A stretch of 64,000 bases of DNA, taken from the NCBI RefSeq assembly GCF_006345805.1, contig NC_042999.1, forward strand, positions 40,238,001 through 40,302,000, written 5' to 3'. Origin of the DNA: Octopus sinensis (lineage: Eukaryota). Below, piece by piece: positions 39,854 to 51,285 of this stretch (position 1 is its first letter; the number at the start of each line of letters is the position of its first letter). The notes below the pieces were generated by a model. The model was not told the DNA's origin. It saw only the letters and a list, made by a program, of their open reading frames with translations, and did no database searches. The translations under genes and the position numbers were made by a program.

Positions 39854-41026
39854 ATGTGTGTGTGTGTATTATTATATATATATATGTGTGTGTGTGTATA
39901 TATATATATACATATATATACACACATATATATATGGATATGTAGTAGAAATATTTAGTCAGTACACGGTGTGATGTTTCTGCGAGTATGTTATTTCAAT
40001 AGATGATAAAGAGATGAAGAGTATATGCAAGACCTATATATTTCCCACGTAAAAATATTTTTATTTACTACATATACAGAATCAAGATGTAGAATCTAGT
40101 TGAAGGAAGTAATCTATGCAAGAGAGTTCGGACAGAGAAAATGAAGAAATCATTTTTCAGTCATGTGGCGTAGAGAAACGGAAGGACATATCAATGACGT
40201 GAATGGCTCTGAATCTAATCGACTATGAAGAGAAGAGCAAGGATGACAAGCTATTTTTAATTTATGGAACGCTAGATATTCTAGAAACTTCCTAGAGAAG
40301 CGCTAAGATTTTTGAATAATTTGGAATCACGTCTCACGACACAAAAACTTGGAGAAAGGAGGTTACCCTATAATCTTTCCTGCAAATGAGATCATTCAAT
40401 TATTTCGATAATTATACCACAACACCATCAAACAGGTAAAGGTGACGTAATACAATAATGAAAATAACAAAGTTGTATACGTCATAAGACGTTAAACCAA
40501 GAAATCAATATCACAGATCTAATAAATGTTTGTTAAATTCTTGGGCCAATGCACATATCTACCACTTTTGCTACTCAGAGTTTGTGAAATTCTGCCTAAA
40601 GGACGCGTTTACTACGCTGTGTGTGTGTTGTCTGTAGTGGGGTTGGGAACAGCGTTGTATTCTAGAAACTTACAAGAAAAACGTTAAGCTTCTTGAATAA
40701 TTAAGAATCACGTCTCATGACACAGATGCTTGGAGAAACTTAGAAAAAGGAGGTTACTGTACAGTATTTCTTGCAATGGGGATCATTCAGCTATTTTGCT
40801 ACATATACGACATCAGATACATATGTATATATATGTATATATATATATATACATATATATAGTGACGTATTTTTGCCATTTCAATATGGCTAACCCCTAA
40901 GGGTGGATGCTACTGTAGTTTTTAGCCCCAGAAGGACACACTCCTCCAGCTGGCCATAGACACACTTTCTGTGTCCTGTCAGTATTTGCAAAGGGAAGTC
41001 ATCCTTCCCGTCTTCAACTTATGATA

Positions 41027-41071
41027 CACACGGACTCGAGTTTCGAGGTATTGACCTCTCGTCAGCGTGTG
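41027..41071 (-). ncRNA. Type I hammerhead ribozyme, fully canonical
   Basis: CACACG CUGACGA GAGGU CAAU ACCUC GAAA C UCGA G UC^CGUGUG. Stem I extends past a 3x1 internal loop into UAUGAU/AUCAUA. Predicted cleavage between 41033 and 41032. Confidence 0.9.
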
Positions 41072-41379
41072 ACAATCATAGTTGTCGCCGAGAATTAGAT
41101 TTCCTTCACAAATACTTATACTTTTTCCAGCGCCCACTGTCGCTGATATTGAAAAAGTGAAATCAAACAATGATAAATATCAAAGTGAGTTATATACAGT
41201 AGCGGTAACACATCGTGACGTATTTTTGCCATTTCAATATGGCTAACCCCTAAGGGTGGATGCTACTGTAGTTTTTAGCCCCAGGAGGACACACTCCTCC
41301 AGCTGGCCATAGACACACTTTCTGTGTCCTGTCAGTATTTGCAAAGGGAAGTCATCCTTCCCGTCTTCAACTTATGATA

Positions 41380-41426
41380 CACACGGACTGACGAGAGGTC
41401 AATACCTCGAAACTCGAGTCCGTGTG
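41380..41426 (+). ncRNA. Hammerhead ribozyme at the inversion junction (core intact, 2 extra nt between stem I and core)
   Basis: cacacg-ga-CTGACGA GAGGT CAAT ACCTC GAAAC TCGA GTC cgtgtg. Confidence 0.8.
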
Positions 41427-41735
41427 TATCATAAGTTGAAGACGGGAAGGATGACTTCCCTTTGCAAATACTGACAGGACACAGAGAAAGTGTTCTATGG
41501 CCAGCTGGAGGAGTGTGTCCTCCTGGGGCTAAAAACTACAGTAGCATCCACCCTTAGGGGTTAGCCATATTGAAATGGCAAAAATACGTCACGATGTGTT
41601 ACCGCTACTGTATATAACTCACTTTGATATTTATCATTGTTTGATTTCACTTTTTCAATATCAGCGACAGTGGGCGCTGGAAAAAGTATAAGTATTTGTG
41701 AAGGAAATCTAATTCTCGGCGACAACTATGATTGT

Positions 41736-41779
41736 CACACGCTGACGAGAGGTCAATACCTCGAAACTCGAGCCGTGTG
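41736..41779 (+). ncRNA. Hammerhead ribozyme copy lacking U16.1 (1-nt deletion, possibly a consensus error)
   Basis: ..GAAACTCGAG-CCGTGTG; otherwise identical to 41027-41071. Confidence 0.7.
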
Positions 41780-42087
41780 TATCATAAGTTGAAGACGGGA
41801 AGGATGACTTCCCTTTGCAAATACTGACAGGACACAGAAAGTGTGTCTATGGCCAGCTGGAGGAGTGTGTCCTCCTGGGGCTAAAAACTACAGTAGCATC
41901 CACCCTTAGGGGTTAGCCATGTTGAAATGGCAAAAATACGTCACGATCTGTTCCGCTACTGTAATATAACTCACTTTGATATTTATCATTGTTTGATTTC
42001 ACTTTTTCAATATCAGCGACAGTGGGCGCTGGAAAAAGTATAAGTATTTGTGAAGGAAATCTAATTCTCGGCGACAACTATGATTGT

Positions 42088-42130
42088 CACACGCTGACGA
42101 GAGGTCAATACTCGAAACTCGAGTCCGTTG
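42088..42130 (+). ncRNA. Hammerhead ribozyme copy with 1-nt deletions in stems II and I
   Basis: CACACG CTGACGA GAGGTCAATA-CTC GAAAC TCGA GTC CGT-TG. Confidence 0.7.
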
Positions 42131-42351
42131 GTATCATAAGTTGAAGACGGGAAGGATGACTTCCTTTGCAAATACTGACAGGACACAGAAAGTGTGTCTA
42201 TGGCCAGCTGGAGGAGGTGTCCTCCTGGGCTTAAAAACGCAGTAGCATCCACCCTTAGGGGTTAGCGATATTGAAATGGCAAAAATACGTCACGATGTGT
42301 TACCGCTACTGTATATAACTCACTTTGATATTTATCATTGTTACATATATA

Positions 42352-42402
<51 letters not shown>

Positions 42403-42579
42403 ATATTATTATAATTATGCTACATTTATTTCAAATGTAGTATTTGTTTCCGTGAAAGTTTGGCGCGCTGTTGGTAGGGGCATTTGAATTATAACGTCGG
42501 ATGTAATCAATTGAACCACACGTGTATTTATCGTTATGGTAAAATCTGGCGTGTGATTGAGTGGATTTCATCCAGATAG

Positions 42580-42659
42580 TTTTGGCTGAGAGCTACCAGT
42601 GAGTTTTTTGTGAGTAAAATTACATTTAATTCATTAATAGCGAAACAATTGTCCCAAAA
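42580..42659 (+). ncRNA. Type I hammerhead motif, one G missing in the core (CTGAGA)
   Basis: ttttgg CTGA-GA GCTA [~42 nt] TAGC GAAAC AATT GTC ccaaaa. Confidence 0.65.
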
Positions 42660-43109
42660 TAATCTGTTTTTTGTTATTTTTTATTTGCCCTGTTCGTGTG
42701 AGCTAACAATCGTACTGACTTTCATGGGAAACATGTATTTTTGTGGTTGAAACCTTTTGGATTTACTAGTGCTAGAGTGAGCCACATAGTGACCACTCTC
42801 TTATTTATTTATTTTTGTATAAAATATATATGTTATAAAATATTATAATAATCCAGGTTTCTCGCGGCACTGGGCCACTTGGTGTTGAATAGGTATACTA
42901 TTAAATTAGTATCTAATTCTCTCACCCTTATTAATTAATTATAATTAATGCTACATTTATTTCCAAATGTAGTATTTGTTTCCGTGAAAGTTTGGCGCGC
43001 TGTTGGTAGGGGCCATTTGATTATAACGTCGGATGTAATCATTGACCACACGTGTATTTATCGTTATGGTAAAATCTGGCGTGTGATTGAGTGGATTTCA
43101 TCCAGATAG

Positions 43110-43189
43110 TTTTGGCTGAGGAGCTACAAGTGAGTTTTTTGTGAGTAAAATTACATTTAATTCATAATAGCGAAACAATTGTCCCAAAA
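43110..43189 (+). ncRNA. Type I hammerhead ribozyme with long loop II
   Basis: UUUUGG CUGAGGA GCUA [41 nt] UAGC GAAA C AAUU G UC^CCAAAA; stem I extends with CAGAU/AUCUG. Confidence 0.8.
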
Positions 43190-43382
43190 TAATCTGTATT
43201 TTTGTTATTTTTTATTTGCCCTGTTCGTGTGTGAGCTAACAATCGTACTGACTTTCATGGGAAACATGTATTTTTGTGGTTGAAACCTTTTGGATTTACT
43301 AGTGCTAGAGTGAGCCACATAGTGATCACTCTCTTATATTTATTTTTGTATATATATATATATGATATGCATGCATATATGG

Positions 43383-43452
<70 letters not shown>

Positions 43453-44609
43453 AGGGGAGAGAGGGAAAGAGAGATTTTTACATTTGAATTACAATTATTA
43501 TATATTAAAATTATTGTATATTGTGTGGGAATAGAAAATGAGCAGTGGTATATTAAAATGAATTCTAATATTTAGATAAGAATTATACAGAAAATGTAAT
43601 TGAATATTTGCAAACTATTCGGATAAATAATAGACATGTTTCCACTTCTTTCAATTCTATATCAATTCTGTTACTACTCCTTGCAAGAAACCTTATATTG
43701 AAATGCAGTCGGCTCAATGAAACTAATTACAGCCATATTGACTATTGACAGATTACCTATCCTACAATGGGGAGAATGTATGCTATTTCACGTTAAATCT
43801 ATCTGGATTAGGAGTCAGAAAAGTATTGAAACCTGGGCAGAAGTCAATGACCTAATACACCAGATCCTCATCTATTTCTGGAGGATTATGTAGACATATT
43901 TACATTTTATTATTACGAAATTTTAATCTACCGAATACTAACAGATTTTGGTAAGGATTCCATAACCTCTAAAACAAGTCAAGTTTTTCTTTCCCGTTGA
44001 AGACTGGAAAATCAACGATTATCTTCATATTATATTCAACGTTAAATTATCTAAATATGCAAACCAAATGAAAAACTAAAATTAACCACAGATTTTCAAT
44101 CTCAATAACATAGGAGAGAATCTAGACAAAGCTGTCTTTATAGATCTCTATTCGATTTTCCAATTAATAGGTAGAAAAGAGAATTCATTCACACAACCGT
44201 AGGAGATACAGGAATATAATAGAGTACAATAATAATTCTCATGATACACATATTAAATCTAATGGGAAATCAATTATGTAATATACATATGTGGTAAAAT
44301 TTTGGTTTAGTCAACGAAATAACTGCAACTTATCCAAATATATCACAAGAAGTTTAACAGAAATGATTGCCTACACCTCAAAAATATATCAAAAGAGGGA
44401 TTGCGAAATCATTTATTGCTGATGCTGAATTTATAGGCTACTAGCAGATTTACCTGGCGTCGCCCAGTATAACTCTCAATGGAGTAGTCGTTCAAATGAA
44501 CCGAAATACTTCCGTCAAACACGACTATAGAAGTAACAATTTATGTGCTGACCCTATACACATGGATTGCATTATACACATAGATTTGACTGCATTTAAA
44601 CACTGTGAA

Positions 44610-44880
44610 AATCCTTGGTCTTCATGAAATATCCTGTCCAGCGTAGCTGTGTCTTCACCAGAGTAACTTCAATGCTGGTAGTCATTAGTTACGAAGATAT
44701 CGACATTAGTTACGAAGTCACTCTAAATGCTCAGGATATTCAGGTTGTCTGTATGATGCGTAGGCAATGCTGTTGCAATAGCTCAAGGAGTCATAATTGG
44801 TACTGATAGATGACCCACAACTCTGAGCCCTGCAAGAAGATGGTAAGAAACGCGGGTCTGTATACACTCATAGTGTCCTC
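44610..44880 (-). mobile_element. Degenerate RTE LINE fragment
   Basis: FLTIFLQGSELWVIY..LLQQHCLRII..TSIEVTLVKTQLRWTG resembles RTE LLYGSETW..RCLR..QLRWAGH. Confidence 0.75.
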
Positions 44881-44910
44881 TTTAGATGGTTATGTATATG
44901 ACAGTGTGAG

Positions 44911-44946
<36 letters not shown>

Positions 44947-44976
44947 ATATATAAAGGAAGATATGTACTTATAAGC

Positions 44977-46420
44977 AAAATAAGCAACAGGATATCCAGA
45001 GGTGATGTACTACGACCGTTTCAAGCGGCTCAATTTAATTGAACATTGCAATCATTACTTCAATTTAAATGTTGGACTATCCTAAGCTGCATAAATAAAT
45101 AATTAGAATTAATTTAATCAGACACATATGTAATTTTTTACTATATCCTCTAAGAAGATAAGAAGACAAAGTCCATACTGTTTTCACTTCAGCTTAGAAG
45201 TTTCTAAGACATCAGGAAAAATAAATTGTTAGGGTCCTAGCTTGTCACTGATTTTGGGGTTTTAATTTATAGTCTTGTTTGTCAAATTTTTCTATATCAA
45301 AATCTAAGACTAGAGAGTAGTGTCTGTTAGGAAAGGGCCTGAGGGAGTTAACAGAATCATAGTTGGTATTGTCATAAAACTTGTCAAGCTTATTTTGAAG
45401 TAGTATAAAGTAATACAGTTCTATATTTAAGAGATAAGGAATTATGTATATTATTACATTATTTACAATTGACGGATATTAGTCCTCATCATGTGTGTTG
45501 TTAGCACAACGCTTCGGCTGATATAACCTCCAGCCTTCATCATGTGTCTTGGGGAAATTTCGAACCTGGTTTTCATTACTAATTAAGGGGTACTTTATTA
45601 GGAGGGCAACTTAGGAAGGAGAACCCATTAAAAACCATGATGAAGTATATATATTTTATTATCACCAATAGAAAAGAGAAGATTATATAGAATCTGTTTA
45701 ATAATTCAATTATTTTACTAAATTATTTATTTATTAGATAATATCTAGAAAGACTGATCACTAGTATTTACTAAAGTAATATTGGAGCGATAGAACATCC
45801 TAACTATATATTATAAACTAAGTTTTAAAAGTTCCCAGTTTTAATACATACATGATAATATAGTTTTCTAGGGGTACTTAATTAGGAAGGCTAATTACAT
45901 AAAACCCATTATAAAAATAATAATATGATCAGGAGGATGAAACACTATAGAAATGGTTAAATAGTTTAATTACTAATACGATGAGGTTTGACTAACTAAG
46001 CATTAATTACTAATACGATGAGGTTTGACTAACTAAGCAAGAATATTCATACAATAGTATACTAACACCCTGTAGCACACAAACATACTATACTATATAG
46101 CTTATATTATATGCAATGTACTTTAATTTCTCGTGTGCGTGTGTAAAACTAGAGGGCAAGAATATTTTTTTCCTGATGCCTTAGAAACTTTGAAGCCGAA
46201 GTGAAAACAGTATGGACTTTGTCTATCTTCTTACCCTCTTAGAGAATTTAAGTACAATTATACAAATGTGTCTGACTGATTAAATCAACTCTATTCATAT
46301 ATTTATGCAACTGAGGATAGCCCTGCATTTAAATAGATGCAATGATTGCATTATTCAATTAAATGGAGCCACTTGAAACAGTCGTACTGCATCACCTCTG
46401 GATATCCTGTTACTTAGTTT
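44977..46420. mobile_element. Long-inverted-repeat (foldback-like) element, ~250-bp arms
   Basis: 44977-45228 matches the reverse complement of 46160-46420 (aacaggatatccagaggtgatg, tttaatcag..acacat, gacaaagtccatactgttttcacttc), roughly 80% by eye; a 37-bp tandem duplication lies at 45966-46039. Confidence 0.7.
45504..45547 (-). ncRNA. Degenerate minimal hammerhead-like motif within a short repeat (45422-45575)
   Basis: ACAC AUGAUGA A GGCUG GAGGUUAUAU CAGCC GAAG CG UU GUGC: two core substitutions (C3A, A15.1G). Confidence 0.55.
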
Positions 46421-47689
46421 GATTTTATTCACCTTATTTTGAAATTGTACGGATAATACTGGACTAATTTTTGGTGCTTCATCTTAAGTACCTAATTCAT
46501 CTGATTCTCAATTCTTTTACTTATGTACTTATATATACACATACACACATATATACACACTTATATATACATACATATGTGCATATATACATGTTTCTAT
46601 CTATCTATGTTTGTGTGCGCACGTATTTATATGTATATATATATATATATATGCACACAGAAACCCTAATAAAAAAGAATCAAATCACTCTTTTAGTTAT
46701 ACTTTGAATGTCAGATGACAGATCTTTCTATGTAAAATGGAAAATACAATGCTTTGCAAAACATTACATCATCAATAACTAGCCATGTCAGATTTGGTAG
46801 CTCTCTCACTAACCTCCAACATCAATCAGAATTAATCTAATCAGAACGACAGAATTTCACTCTTTTAACACACTTTAAAACGATTATCTGTCCAGATGAG
46901 TTATATTTCACCAAAATCACATGCGTTCATATTTAGTAGCCCTGGGCATTTGAAGTAGTGAAAGAGAACTACACCTATAGAACAAATTCACCAAAATACA
47001 TTTGATTCATTAATCTAGTCGGTTGGGTAAAAATGTAGTAAACACATTCATCGCTATATAGAAGCAGGAGCATTTATATTATGTATCTTTTAATACTGTA
47101 GAATCATTTAATTTTCTCATCCGTTATTGAAATTATAATTCACTGTATCAAATTATTCCGGTTATTACTTATCATTGGTACTGTATCTACCAAATACATT
47201 TTCTTTCAGCGTTTATAATATTCACTTCACATTCCGAATGAATATTGTAAGCTACAGTAACATCCACTTTAATTCAATAAATATGTATTTTAATGCGCTT
47301 CTGAAGTCATATTTAAATAATATTTAGCTTATTTGGATTTATGTTTTTTGAGCATACTCATTTTTTTAATAAGCGTTGTATATTTTGAAATAAGCTGATT
47401 ATTTTATGCTTATTTATTTCCATGTGCATGCTGGTTGTTGCAAAGTCAGAATGTTACTCTATGTGTAGTAATATGTTTGTATAAGTATATATTAGAATTC
47501 TGATTTATTTAAAGATGTTAAGACATGCGACACACTACACACAAGCGAAAGCACATACAAAAAAACCCACGGTTGTATGCACATGGACAGAATTAGGAGA
47601 TTTTTCCTCCCATTGTGGTTACGAATATGACAAACAAGTGTAACTGTCGCTCGCTCAGCACGTCCTTCAGCTACTCCTCTCTATACTGT

Positions 47690-47991
47690 GGAGACACATG
47701 GCCTAGTAGTTACAGCAGCGAAGTCGCGGTCGAGGGATCGCGGGTTCGAATCTCAGACCGGGCGATGTGTATGTCTATGAGCAAAACACTTAAGCTCCAC
47801 GTGGCTCCGGCAGAAGGTAATGGCGAACTTCTGCTGACTCTTTTGCCACAACTTTCTCTCACTCTTTCCTCCTGCATCTTGTAGCTCACCTGAGACTGAC
47901 CGGCGTCGCGTCCAGATGGGGAGCCCATACGCCAAAGAAACCGGAAAACCGGCCCTTATGAGCCAGGCATGGCTCGAGGAGGAACAAACAA
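47690..47991 (+). mobile_element. tRNA-derived SINE (third family) with RTE-like tail
   Basis: A box tggcctagtagt, B box ggttcgaatctc, tail gagccaggcatggctcgaggaggaacaaacaa. Confidence 0.8.
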
Positions 47992-49023
47992 GATACAATA
48001 TTGGTACAAGCTAAGAAAGTTCCTTCTCAGACTGGCTGACACACACTACTCTCTACGAGCAGGGAATTATAGTTTCCGAACAGCATCATGATATGTGAAG
48101 GTAGTGAGAGTCAGGGAGGAATTCGAAAAAGTCCTTTTTTTAGTATCTTGTGATCGAGGTTTATAGGTATGCATTTTCCAGTAGTTACTAGTGCGGGGTT
48201 TGTGTATTAAGCTGTACAAAAAGACACAGGCTAAATTGTTCTAATTGGAACAGCATGAAGCAGGAAGAAAGCAACTTAATGCAGGGTGCATCAATGAAAT
48301 CTAGCATAAAGTGTAAGCACATTTATTTCCGAATCCTTGACAGGAAGATTTCTCTTTCGGTAGGACATTTTATTTTGGCTTATAAAATGCATGCTTATAT
48401 ATACACACACGCGTGCGCACATACAACCGCACACATGTAAACATCAACAACACACACACACACATAAGGGACGTACGAAAAAAAACACATGCAAACGCAT
48501 ACATGTACAAAACACTGACAGGCTCACATGTGTACAACTCGCGAGGTACTTTGAGATAGCTGGTTGTGTATTATGCAATGAGTAAACGTTATCTGAAACA
48601 AGAAAATAAGAAATATAGAATGCAATAAACAACTGTTTGTGTATACGCGTGTGTGTATACACACATACACATATATTTACATATATATATATATATATAT
48701 ATAATATATATATATATTATATATATATATATATATGATCATATGTGCGTGTGCGCGGGCGAGTTGGTATTTAGTCAACAGATGTGATACAGAGATTCTT
48801 AGTACAGAAGTAGCTTAGTTGTGTTCTGATGGTTCAAACTTAGACTCAGATGTCTTTACAGCGGAACAATTCCACAGGGTAAAATTGCCTCCATAACCCC
48901 TCACCATGATCCCTCTTATAATCATGGAATTGATCCTCTGTAAAGATATCGGAGAGTAAGTGTGAACTATTTCAGCACGTTATATGTCCGGGTATATATC
49001 GAAGTGTATATGCATGTATATAT

Positions 49024-49151
<128 letters not shown>

Positions 49152-49352
49152 TGAGAGTAAAGGAATTTTGTTAAAATCTTCGTTCGACTCCATTCTTTCA
49201 TTTATTCATACAAAAAAAAAACACACAAATTACCACACAAGAACACGGGGTTTCTGCCCTTGGCATGTAGCTCAACCTTGTTTTCTGACGTGAATTTGCT
49301 ACCCAGGTATCGATTAACCGAATTATCAATACTAGGATAATTCATTCACATA

Positions 49353-49393
<41 letters not shown>

Positions 49394-49702
49394 TATATGT
49401 ATGTATAAATATATATATAATAAAATGCATGCTTATATATACACATTTATGTATGTGCTTATAGATATTATCGTAAATATGAGGGTAATAAATTAAAATA
49501 ATTTATTACCATTGGTTAGCAAACATAAATAAAATTCATACGATATAACATATTGTTATTTAATATTAGAGTGTATAAAATATTTTTATACAGAAAGAGG
49601 AGATCATTGACAGCACTCCTTACGGCATAAAAAGTTCAGTTAAAGCCAAATCACGAAAAAGAGAATTGACGATGCACGCCAATTGTAACACTAAAACGAA
49701 CA

Positions 49703-50931
49703 ATATAGATGTCGTTAGATTCCTGCTGATAATGACATTTGTTAATTTTTGCCTATATATTTGTGATTTAAGTCATTCGCCGCATAGTCTTTACTCTCTT
49801 TTATTCTTTTACTTGTTTCAGTCATTTGACTGCGGCCATGCTGGAGCACCGCCTTTAGTCGAGAAATTCTAGTCGAAAAATGAATTAGTTAATTCATATA
49901 CTGACAGAGAGAGAGAGAGAGAGAGAAGGAGAGGAGTTTCTGTAATTGTATAGTACCATATACTACATTTATGTAAGTCATCTAGTTTTCTGCAAAGGAA
50001 ACAAGAAAATTCTTGTTTGAAGATATTGCGCAATATCTTCAGTGTTGAAGTAACATCAAACACCACATTTTCAACGCTAAGTGCATGTGTTAGGTCACTG
50101 TCTGGCCACTGTCAGATTCAATTGTTTTCGCTTGTATTCTACTGGTAACTGATAAGCGATGTTCATACATATCTTTATAATATATTTACAAAATTATCTT
50201 TCCATCTGTTCTGGCAGAAACACTAAATAGACTTTTTTTTCTTTTTCTGCTATTTGCCTTCGTACATTTAATTTCTGTGTATATATCGATAATGATTGCA
50301 GTAGTCATATTGCAAATTCAATTCAATTGCCTATATACCCATGAAGTCAAACACTTCATGCGCAGGAGTGGCTGTGTGGTAAGTAGCTTGTTTACCAACC
50401 ACATGGTTCCGGGTTCAGTCCCACTGCGTGGCATCTTGGGCAAGTGTCTTCTCGGGCCGACCAAAGCCTTGTGAGTGGATTTGGTAGGTGGAAACTGAAA
50501 GAAGCCCGTCGTATATATGTATATATATATATGTATGTGTATTTGTGTGTCTGTGTTTGTCCCCCTAGCATTGCTTGACAACCGATGCTGGTGTGTTTAT
50601 GTCCCCGTCACTTAGCGGTTCGGCAAAAGAGACCGATAGAATAAGTACTGGGCTTACAAAGAATGAGTCCCGGGGTCGAGTTGCTCGATTAAAGGCGGTG
50701 CTCCAGCATGGCCGCAGTCAAATGACTGAAACAACTAAAGGAGAAAGGAGAAAGGAGTACTTATATAGATGTCGTTAGATTCCTGCTGATAATGATATTT
50801 CTTAATTTTGCCTATATATTTGTGATTTAAGTCATTCGGCGCATAGTCTTTACTCTCTTTTATTCTTTTACTTGTTTCAGTCATTTTGACTGCGGCCATG
50901 CTGGAGCACCGCCTTTAGTGGAGAAATTCTA
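49703..50931. repeat. Pair of 169-bp direct repeats (49703-49871 and 50763-50931)
   Basis: Both read atatagatgtcgttagattcctgctgataatg..gagaaattcta, comprising unique flank plus a SINE tail, with few substitutions. Confidence 0.92.
50360..50760 (+). mobile_element. SINE family A, full length, plus strand
   Basis: gcgcaggagtggctgtgtggtaagtagc..ggttcagtcccactgcg..gactgaaacaactaaaggag. Confidence 0.92.
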
Positions 50932-51064
50932 CCCCAGGACTTATACTTTGTAAACCTAGTACTTATTCTATCGCACCCTTTTGCCGAATCGCTAGGATAC
51001 GAGCACGTAAACACACCAGCATCTCTTGTCAGGCGATGTTGGGGGGACAAACACAGACACACAA

Positions 51065-51101
<37 letters not shown>

Positions 51102-51285
51102 GATATATATATATATACATATGTTCGACGGGCTTCTTTCAGTTTCCCTCTACCAAATCCACTCACAAGGCTTTAGTCGACCTGAGGCTATAGTAGAAAC
51201 TTGCCCAAAGTACCCCGTAGTGGGACTGAACCCGGAACCATGTGGTTGGTAAGCAAGCTACTTACAACAGAGCCACTCCTGCGCC
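50848..51285 (-). mobile_element. SINE family A, full length
   Basis: Reverse complement of the family A sequence from tail to head. Confidence 0.92.

Larger units (their letters stand above)
40862..42342. mobile_element. Retrozyme-like array: 353-bp unit, ~1.5 units (-) joined to ~2.7 units (+), flanked by (TA)n
   Basis: gtgacgtatttttgcc at 40862 and 41215 (period 353); inversion near 41388; HHR cores at 41388, 41742 and 42094 (periods 354 and 352); no credible ORF. Confidence 0.9.
42408..43350 (+). mobile_element. Second HHR-bearing tandem element, ~531-bp unit, ~1.8 units, flanked by (TA)n
   Basis: gctacatttatt at 42419 and 42950; one HHR motif per unit; unrelated in sequence to the 353-bp unit. 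Confidence 0.85.

Noticed and set aside
40862-42342. CRISPR array or protein-coding repeat (63-aa ORFs at 40979 and 42061)
   Set aside because: The units are contiguous 353-bp copies without unique spacers in eukaryotic DNA; the ORFs are short and not conserved between units.
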